A program made the translations under genes and the position numbers. A stretch of 18,781 bases of DNA from Ginkgo biloba. Taxonomy: Eukaryota; Plantae; Ginkgophyta. Every line of letters starts with the position of its first letter. The stretch's first letter is position 1. The DNA is taken from NCBI GenBank assembly GCA_024626585.2, contig JANKJI020000004.1, positions 127,916,253-127,935,033 on the forward strand, given 5' to 3'. The notes below the pieces were generated by a model. It was not told the DNA's origin, ran no database searches, and was given only the letters and a program-made list of their open reading frames with translations. Below are positions 11,170 to 18,781 of the stretch, piece after piece.

Positions 11170-11482
11170 TGTAAGCAACCTTTGATGCACTTCAAGACAC
11201 AAGAATGCTCAAACACAAAATACAAAAGATCTCATTAACAATCCACTTCAAGGGTGGAAACCTCCCAGTACAATAGTGCTCAATACAAAAAGATACCCCG
11301 AAGGGTTTACATGAGAGTTTATATAATAGAGAACACAAGAAGAGATATTATGCATGTAAGACAAGTGGCTTACATGCAAGAGAACATAAGAGAAGAAGAC
11401 AAGTGTTGGAAGAGTAAGAGGAAGTAGGTGTGAATGAGATAAAAAGACTAGAGAGAGAGGATTAAGGGTCAGGTTTGCTACA
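11170..11482. mobile_element. Probable solo LTR (~313 bp), likely in minus orientation
   Basis: Begins TGTAAGCAACCT and ends AGGTTTGCTACA, an imperfect terminal inverted repeat with TG...CA ends. It has a central TTTATATAAT box at ~11318 and a strong A/purine skew. No matching TSD (GAGAG vs TTGTT). Confidence 0.45.
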
Positions 11483-12855
11483 TTGTTAGTGGAATTCATG
11501 CATATTGGTGAACTTATAGTAGTAAGATCGATAGAACATCATGTTGAGATGGCCTAGTGTCGTAACAAATTAGACTATGTTCATAATATAGTGGTTTTGT
11601 GTGTCACTTATAAATTTATATCAAAACATTTAAATTTAAAAAGGGTTATCATGTTTAAATAGATTTTTGTTGTCCTTGATCAAGAGAGGAGCATTAGATT
11701 CATGTATTTTTAGTGATCTATCGCAACAACATGACATTAATGTCTAGCCTATCTTTAGTATGGTATAAAATTTTGTCTAATTTTTAATTTTTATGGTGAA
11801 ATGCATTTTATTTTTCTTATAGACACATATATACATATGTTTATACTTGCTTCCTTTTCTTTTCAATTATAGTAGGAATTATTACTCATTGTAATGAACT
11901 AGAGTAGAGCTAGATATAGACTTACACATGTAGAAATATGCTTATTTAGCTAAGACCTATGATTTGGGGGTCAAGTATGCCAAAAGAAGAAGGCATGATA
12001 TGTAATACTTGACATAGATATATAACTTTGGTTAATTGCATGGGAGTAAATGCATGTAGGTGGTGGGCCCATATTTTATAAGAGTAACTAAAATAGTACT
12101 CTATAAGAGTGTGTTAAGACTTACATAGAAGACATGAACTTCTAGGCCATGGGGGTAGGATGGAGCACCATTATGGTTTGATTTTGATTATTGGATCATA
12201 ATAGACACTCTTGACATATATGCATTGTGGACATCTCATGTGTTATTCTTCTCGGAGAAATACTTAGAACTCCTAATTAATGGTTGTGAGATAATTAACT
12301 AATATTAGCATTTTATGTCATATGGACATTGGATGCATATTAGATCTAAGATTCTAATGATTAATCATCATCAAACTAAAATTTTAAGTGCACACCTAAT
12401 TTCTACTCCTGATAACTTACAAAGCTTCCATAGCTTCCCAATTGGCGTTGCTCAATCTCTTCTTTTTTCAAGATTTCAAGAGAGATCATACAACAAAACT
12501 TTTCTTTGTAATTACAGGGTATTTTTATGAATCATAGCACATCTATGTATGAAATTAATAATGAATATAGTCTAAGTTGTTAACTATGTATGAAAGAGTC
12601 CTAAATACTCTAGCATGTATCTGGGATGGTTGTAGGAATGCACTAAAGGGACACAAACCTATGGTCAAGTACTTATAGTAAAGTTATCTTATTTTGATTC
12701 CCATCAAACATTTTTTGACAATAATTCAACTTTTGATGTGTATATTCCTTTTCTGAGATGATAAAAAATCAATGATATCATGCTTTATTTTGGTACAATG
12801 TGCAACTATAATGTGATTACGAAATGTGTTTGAACGTGTTAATTGAATTCATCAG

Positions 12856-12952
12856 GTACCTTAAGTAGAAATCCAATTACTGACTGAAAAGATTTGAGTT
12901 TCATCTCATATTGGGTAACCACTGAAGAATCTAGTTTTTCTGGTCTACTCAG
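12856..12952 (+). other. Putative 97-nt 5'-UTR intron of the SnRK1 gamma-like gene
   Basis: Donor CAG/GTACC at 12855/12856. Pyrimidine-rich acceptor TTTTTCTGGTCTACTCAG ends at 12952, two bases before the ATG. The acceptor is better supported than the choice of donor. Confidence 0.45.
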
Positions 12953-12954
12953 AT

Positions 12955-13117
12955 ATGGCAGCTCATCTACATAAAAGATCAAGCATGCCCAGTTTTGATG
13001 ACTATTACAACATGGTTCAGGAAAGAAAAAACTTACCAAACAGTTTGCAGGAAACATTGAATACTGCATTTGCAAAGATTCCAGTGTCTTCCTTTCCACA
13101 AGTTCCTGGTGGAAAAG
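12955..13117 (+). CDS. CBSCBS2: First coding exon of SNF1-related protein kinase (SnRK1) regulatory subunit gamma-1-like, CBS-domain protein (partial gene)
   Basis: ATG 12955 gives MAAHLHKRSSMPSFDDYYNMVQERKNLPNSLQETLNTAFAKIPVSSFPQVPGGK, followed by a phase-1 donor AAG/GTAATG at 13117/13118. The stretch Q.RK.LP.SLQETL..AFAKIPVSSFP.VPGGK is recognised from memory as the N-terminus of plant KING1-like/CBSCBS2 proteins, which continue VIEI.ADT... into the CBS domains. No stops or frameshifts. It is absent from the ORF track, presumably because the unspliced frame is only 59 aa. Confidence 0.9.
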
Positions 13118-13733
13118 GTAATGTATTTTTCTGAAGTAGACTTTTAGTTGTCAAGTGAAAGATTGTATTCTTGCACATATGAAGAATTGATTTGTTGATC
13201 CATTTATGTTCTTTTTCAATTTCACATTGTGTAATTCATTAAGATGATAAATAAAATTAAGCTTTATCTCAGTTTGGAATTCATTCCTTCAGAATTTATG
13301 TTGAGGACAGGATGCTGGTGCAACCTCATTCCTGTATTCGCATCAAATGCTGTTATTTGTGAACAAGAAACAAGAAATGACAAATAAGTAAAATTTGATG
13401 CCCCNNNNNNNNNNNNNNNNNNNNNNNNNNNNNNNNNNNNNNNNNNNNNNNNNNNNNNNNNNNNNNNNNNNNNNNNNNNNNNNNNNNNNNNNNNNNNNNN
13501 NNNNNNNNNNNNNNNNNNNNNNNNNNNNNNNNNNNNNNNNNNNNNNNNNNNNNNNNNNNNNNNNNNNNNNNNNNNNNNNNNNNNNNNNNNNNNNNNNNNN
13601 NATTGAGCAAAAACAATCTTACTCAAATGTAGCGAGGTTAATAATAGCTGTCTGTCATGGCTTAGTATGGGAGGACTATGGGATTGGTCATTCTGTTCTT
13701 TTATGATAAGTAGGGAAGAGTAAAAGGAAATTT

Positions 13734-13844
13734 AGACTAATTGGACAGATGGTGGTGGCTGGGGCCAGTGCTTTATTAGATATTTGTTTAAGACTATTTG
13801 GACAGATAATGATACCTGGGACCAGTATTTTCTTAGATATTTGT
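13734..13844 (+). repeat. Two-copy tandem duplication, period 57 bp
   Basis: AGACTAATTGGACAGATGGTGGTGGCTGGGGCCAGTGCTTTATTAGATATTTGT (13734-13787) versus AGACTATTTGGACAGATAATGATACCTGGGACCAGTATTTTCTTAGATATTTGT (13791-13844): 44/54 identical with no gaps. Confidence 0.9.
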
Positions 13845-14237
13845 GCTTCAGATCATCTCTTCAGGATAGTCAGTATCTTTTGCAACCTGGAGAGTTTATT
13901 CCTTTGCTAATCTTACACAATTTTGCTAAATCTTTCTCTCTTTGTTATGGTCATTTTGTATTGTTTCCTTTGTTCCTTTGCTATTAAAATCTTGCTGGCT
14001 TTAGCTTTGTTCTATTAGTATATCTTTATGGTAGATGTAGCACATTAGTAGAGGAAGTCATGCAACACAATCAAGCCAGGTCAGAACGCATCCACTGACC
14101 AGTAATGAGAGCATCATCAGTTTGGAACACTGGTTTGCTAACTGAAAGGATCAAAGTGAATGATTTTTCAGCTAAGCCGATCCAATCTGATGTTTGCNNN
14201 NNNNNNNATTTATCTCACTATCTTATTCTTTACCTAG

Positions 14238-14404
14238 GAGAAGCCATTGATCTGGTAGGCACCGTTGCAACTAGTCTTCCATCTCTAGCGATTACATTTG
14301 TAAACAACGCTTCCAAAGATTATAAAAGGAATAATATCCCTGAGCAGGACACTAGCATGAGCAGGTCAAGAAATGTGAAGATCTTTGTAAATGGAAAGGG
14401 ACAG
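14238..14404 (+). other. Candidate internal exon (167 nt), product unknown
   Basis: Acceptor TCTTATTCTTTACCTAG ends at 14237 and donor CAG/GTATT is at 14404/14405. The open frame reads (G)EAIDLVGTVATSLPSLAITFVNNASKDYKRNNIPEQDTSMSRSRNVKIFVNGKGQ. No recognised homology. Confidence 0.3.
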
Positions 14405-14950
14405 GTATTAAGTCCTTGATGANNNNNNNNNNNNNNNNNNNNNNNNNNNNNGATGTCCAAATCTTTGTGGCGAAATTGGATTACGAGAAACAAAAAAATG
14501 GTTGAATTATCAAACTAAGCTAGGTGCATGTCTTAAATAAATACAGCCATACCATTGTAAATGTTTTTAAAGAGATGGATAAACATCTTAAGACAAAAGA
14601 TACCACTTTCAAAGGTTTTGGCAAATGAACCAAGGAATGCAAAATTGGCCTCCCATGCCTCAAATAAATCTTTGATGTGGTGACCAAAATTATACACTCT
14701 AAGAATTAATATTGGGGCTCCCTTCTTATGTTCAAATGTTATCCAATTGAAAAAAAAGTGTACAAATAGGACCTAAGAATTTTCAGGTAAGTCCATGGCT
14801 TCTTAAAAGAGTTAATGTGCATCTTTATTGCATGCACCGACAACCCTTTANNNNNNNNNNNNNNNNNNNNNNNNNNNNNNNNNNNNNNNNNNNNNNNNNN
14901 NNNNNNNNNNNNNNNNNNNNNNNNNNNNNNNNNNNNNNNNNNNNNNNNNN

Positions 14951-15340
14951 CACTTTGTTCAATGCTCTATAATCCACATGCATTCTCATAGATCCATCCT
15001 TTTTCTTAACCAGTAATACCAGTGCTCCAAAAGGTGATTTGTATGGTTTTATGAATCCTTGTTCCAAAAGTTCATGTATCTATTTTTCTACTTCCTCTTT
15101 TTCCCCATGACTTAATCTATAGGGTATTCTATGTGTGGGTCTTGTCCCTGGCTCCAACTCAATCCGATGATCCACATTTCTTTCTTGTGGAAGGGACTTA
15201 GGTAATTCACTTGAAAATACATCTCCATATTCTTGTAACAAGGCTTAAATTTCTTTTGGTAGTTCTTTTTCCTTCTTTTCAACTGGAGAGCTCTCTCTAA
15301 TGAATATTGCATAAGCTTGACTATTTGTTTTGCGAGCTAC
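14951..15340 (-). mobile_element. Ty3/gypsy (chromovirus-type) pol remnant: protease-RT linker and N-terminus of reverse transcriptase
   Basis: Single frame: [127 protein letters not shown]. It contains the canonical DVF..ELP..LP..R..DH.IEL.PG..P...PYR and [27 protein letters not shown] motifs. Two stops; cut by a gap. Confidence 0.96.
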
Positions 15341-17118
15341 ATCATATATGCATCGAAAACTTTTGAAATATCCAAAATAACATTGAATTGGCTTCGAATA
15401 GAAATTGCTCAAAATTTGTCGTATTGTGTGAAATCCTTCCAATGATTTGGCTTGTTGGTTATCTGCCAATGTGTTTCTACTATGTGTCCACTAAATTGGT
15501 AACACTTTAGACTTCTTATAATATTTCACGTGCCTCTTCATTCCCTGCATCTACTTCCCTTTAAATATGGGAATAATCATCAAGGGAGATTTTGTGTGTT
15601 TCCCAAGAAAGGCCTTAATCTTAGTGAGCTAGAAATTTAGCACAAAGCAAATATGTGGTCAAAAAGTCAAGAACATTTGGATGGGTCTCGAACCTGATCC
15701 CATACACCATATCCATAATCTAGATGCTTCTAGATTTTGAAAGGAGGAGGAGGCCAAAAGTTCAACTCATGCAATCCAAAATATTATAAAACAAGGCAAG
15801 ACAAGTAAAATAGGAATCTTCATTCTAGATCCAAGTGCTACTATGAACAAGGAGCCATGCTCAATCCATGTCTAAACTCTTCCAAACATGGGAATTGCTT
15901 ATCAAGGATATGCTCCACCTCTTTTAAGAGTGGAAAATGTTTGGTTCTTTGCCACATACAGAGGGACGAACCAAAGGCAAATAGAGGTGTTCTTGGGGAA
16001 GTAGACCAATTCAATTCAACTCCAAAGTGGGAGGTAGATGCAGAGGAAAATTTAACTTCAAATGACATCGAATCATAACAACTCATGCATTATCGAGGGG
16101 ATCAAACAATATTGTTAAGGCAAACTTTCATCGAGAAGAATAAGAGTGATGTTTTGATATTAAACGTGTAGGTGAATCTAGACAAGAAACATGGATTGTA
16201 TTTAGTACATTCATCCTCCTCTTCTTCTCTACATAAGGAGAACTTGGCTTTACCTTTTCTCCATCAAGCAAGGCTGAAGTGGAGAGTATACAAAGAGTAG
16301 GGGGTAAGTTCAGTTTACATCCATTTTGATAATTCTATATGAAGTAACTATCCAATCTCATCTCCTCACCAAAGGCAAAAAATCTGTGAAAGAAGGTCTC
16401 TCTTTGGGACAAGGTATGTTGATTAGACCAAAACACATGCCAATCTTCTTGATGACTAAAGATCAAAGAATGTAGGCTTTCAAGTTGTAAAGTTGATATT
16501 GGTTGGGACTTCACATTGTAAGAGGATAGTCCTCCTGTCCAAAGGATAATGGGTCGAGTGATTTCAATGAAGTAGGAGGTGATTCCTTATTGACAAGCAT
16601 GAGAAGCACTTCCTCTCCATTAAGAGTCAAGAAACTAGTTGAATGAAGATCAAGGACATGCCCTGTGCTAGAAAGCCTCATAAGCACACTTACTTGGATG
16701 CGACTTGCATGACATGTATATTTCCACAACCAAGAAGATGAATGGCCAGTTCATGTTCATGCAAGCCCGAGTCCAATTCAAATCTCTTCCACAAGCTTGA
16801 GTGGGAGTCGAGTGTATTAGAATAATACCTACTCCTTATTGCGAAAACTAATCAAGGGGATCATGTATTGCTTCTAAAGATAATGCAATTCTCATGAGAG
16901 ACATGGACCATCTCTAGTAGAAAGCATTGAAAGTAGAAGAAAGCAAGAAGATCATCCTAGAAACTTGGATTGAAATCAATATCACCCAGAAGATTATAAA
17001 CTCTATTTTAGATCACATNNNNNNNNNNNNNNNNNNNNNNNNNNNNNNNNNNNNNNNNNNNNNNNNNNNNNNNNNNNNNNNNNNNNNNNNNNNNNNNNNN
17101 NNNNNNNNNNNNNNNNNN

Positions 17119-17650
17119 AATTTCTTCTTGATGATTTTTTTTAATTCTTCCCACATAGTGATGGGCGATCTTCCTTGCTGGCACTATCTTTCATAGAAAC
17201 CTTCCCACCAAAAGGCTTTTCCTCTCATCTTCAACGTAGCAAAAGCATCTTCTGAGGGTCTGTAGATTGCCAGATCTGAAAATAGGTCTTTAACTATTTG
17301 AGCCAATCATCAAGCTTATCAGCATCCATCTTCCCATCATATGTTGGGATTTTCACCCTTGTTTCAACCTTTAAGGTGATGTTCAAATTTTGCACAGGGA
17401 GTTGAGTTCTCAAAGGAGTTATAATAGCGCTACTAGTTGAAGGAACACTTCTTACAACACCACTATTGGTTACTGTATTCATCACTGTAGTTGTGGAAGG
17501 GACCAAGCTCTACATGATTTGTAAGAGCTCTAACATTCTATCATCAAGGTCCATCCTGAGATGGTCTAGGTTTTTTTTTAGACGATCAAATTTTTCACGT
17601 TCATCTTCTAAAAGTATTTTAGGCCATTCTTGTAAGTTTTCTCTTGACAT
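17119..17650 (-). mobile_element. Ty3/gypsy chromovirus (CRM-like) gag remnant
   Basis: From ATG 17650: MSRENLQEWPKILLEDEREKFDRLKKNLDHLRMDLDDRMLELLQIM*SLVPSTTT...LKVETRVKIPTYDGKMDADKLDDWLK*LKTYFQIWQSTDPQK/AFATLKMRGKAFWWEGFYER*CQQGRSPITMWEELKKIIKKK. This matches CRM-type Gag (IP.YDG..D..KL.DWL..L..YF.......K..FA.LK..G.A..WW...G..PI..W...K...K.KF). Confidence 0.92.
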
Positions 17651-17870
17651 CTTGTTGGATTGAGATTCTTCTTGTGTTGACTGTGGCTATGTACTTCTAT
17701 ATTTTGGCAATAGTGGGTTTTGGGTTGCTCTCCTTTTTGTTGTTATTTGGAATGAGTCCAAACCATTCAAAAATTTCATTTCACGCTCAAGAATCGTCGA
17801 ACTTGAGGATCTACCATAAAAAAATACTTAATATTTTGACTTGCCTGTTTTCCCAATGCTAGAAAACTAG

Positions 17871-17882
17871 GCTTTGATATCA
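17871..17882 (-). promoter_or_regulatory. Primer-binding site (tRNA-iMet type) of the CRM-like element
   Basis: Plus-strand GCTTTGATATCA is minus-strand TGATATCAAAGC, 10/12 identical to TGGTATCAGAGC; both differences are transitions. It lies ~220 bp upstream of gag in the correct orientation. Confidence 0.8.
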
Positions 17883-17887
17883 AAATA

Positions 17888-18284
17888 TGATCAGGAACCT
17901 AGAATGTGTATAGTAGAAGCTGATTGAAATCAACAATAATCACACTAACATGCAGCGATCATATATATAAAAGATTGTTGATATTAATAAAAGGAAAAGA
18001 GCAATTGCTGAGATTTACAACAAGCCGAATAGATGAAATCAAATTCCACGAAAGTGTTTTTTTTTTGGTTGAAATATAGCTTGTATTAACATAAAAACAA
18101 AGTGTCAATACATAAGGAGGAGGCCCTTATATAATATAAATTTGGGAAAGCTTCCCAACTATTGAACTATCTTGTTACAAAAGAGATATTGAATCCATAG
18201 GGTGACAAGAATTGCCTTGACCCATTAATAACACTAGACAAAGATAGACTCTCAAATACAAAAAGAGAGTTCATTGGTACATCA
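17888..18284 (-). mobile_element. Probable 5' LTR of the CRM-like element (outer boundary uncertain)
   Basis: TGATCAGG begins 5 nt from the PBS, and a candidate other end CATCA lies at 18280-18284 (TGAT...ATCA termini are typical of CRM). TATA-like CCTTATATAATATAAA at ~18125-18140. Confidence 0.5.
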
Positions 18285-18399
18285 ACTGCATTGCATAAGT
18301 ATAGATATGTCTAAGATCATAATATATCCAAAAGGATTTATTACACAATAAAGAGTTTGACAATGTCTTGCACTACAAAAATATCGACAAAGGAACAAA

Positions 18400-18779
18400 T
18401 CATTTTGGATTTTCTAATAAGGCAACACCGAATTTGGATGGCTCTTCTTGTTAACTTCTAGTGCAAAAGCCAAGGCTCCAACCAACTCCTTCTATTCTCT
18501 GATTTGTTCTTGTAAAAATTCCTAGATTTTCTCTAAATTGTTTAGCATACGCTTTGTCTTGTCTGAGAAATCCAACACATCTTTGGTATCAAATCCATAG
18601 GGAAGATGGTCCACATCAACCATAATCAGATCTTTGTAGTCCACTGCATCCATGTCCAATAAGCTACAATCATCTTTAACAACTTAGAGAACTTGAACTT
18701 TATGGGGAGAATCTTCTTGTAACTATTTAGTAGTTTTGTTTACTGTGTTAGCAACTTCCATATTGCTTAATTTAGGCCA
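18400..18779 (-). pseudogene. Degenerate ORF fragment, unassigned (probably an older TE into which the CRM-like element inserted)
   Basis: Single frame: WPKLSNMEVANTVNKTTK*LQEDSPHKVQVL*VVKDDCSLLDMDAVDYKDLIMVDVDHLPYGFDTKDVLDFSDKTKRMLNNLEKI*EFLQEQIRE*KELVGALAFALEVNKKSHPNSVLPY*KIQN. All stops are TAG/TAA at positions where Gln is plausible. Confidence 0.35.
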
Positions 18780-18781
18780 AC

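Noticed and set aside
12839-13099. 86-aa minus-strand ORF
   Set aside because: Antisense shadow of the real plus-strand SnRK1 gamma-like exon.
14781-14792. Perfect splice donor consensus CAG/GTAAGT
   Set aside because: No credible upstream acceptor or recognisable coding frame to define an exon.
1476-17196. ORF-track entries containing long X runs (e.g. 1476-1727, 2585-2803, 2589-2813, 4890-5081, 6114-6425, 6268-6543, 8936-9157, 10340-10684, 13264-13706, 14828-15016, 16927-17196)
   Set aside because: They are open only because N runs contain no stops, and most join pieces of unknown linkage.
14951-17650. Treating gag (17119-17650) and RT (14951-15340) as one intact gypsy element, since strand and order fit
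   Set aside because: They are separated by a 100-N join and 1.7 kb lacking the gag C-terminus and protease.
18584-18595. Plus-strand TGGTATCAAATC resembling a tRNA-iMet PBS
   Set aside because: No plus-strand LTR or gag context; it falls inside a minus-strand fossil frame (FDTK).

Overview
AT-rich, CpG-depleted eukaryotic nuclear DNA from a land plant. A large, heavily methylated gymnosperm-type genome is plausible, but that is inference. The window is not one continuous locus: eight exactly-100-N spacers split it into nine short pieces, and there are five further gaps of 10-197 N. Most of the sequence is decayed retrotransposon debris: a Ty1/copia RT start (2573-2681 +), two Ty3/gypsy chromovirus-type gag remnants (6982-7419 -; 17119-17650 - with a tRNA-iMet PBS and adjoining LTR), a gypsy RT fragment (14951-15340 -), a probable LINE-type 3' end, a probable solo LTR and several unassigned fossil ORFs. 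The one clear host-gene element is missed by the ORF track: an intact first coding exon (12955-13117 +) of an SnRK1 gamma-1-like CBS-domain regulatory subunit. I see no convincing evidence of a new multi-gene system. The best leads are an in-phase, non-homologous exon-like block downstream of that exon, a ~500-codon fossil coiled-coil ORF, and a bidirectional ACCGACGA motif array.
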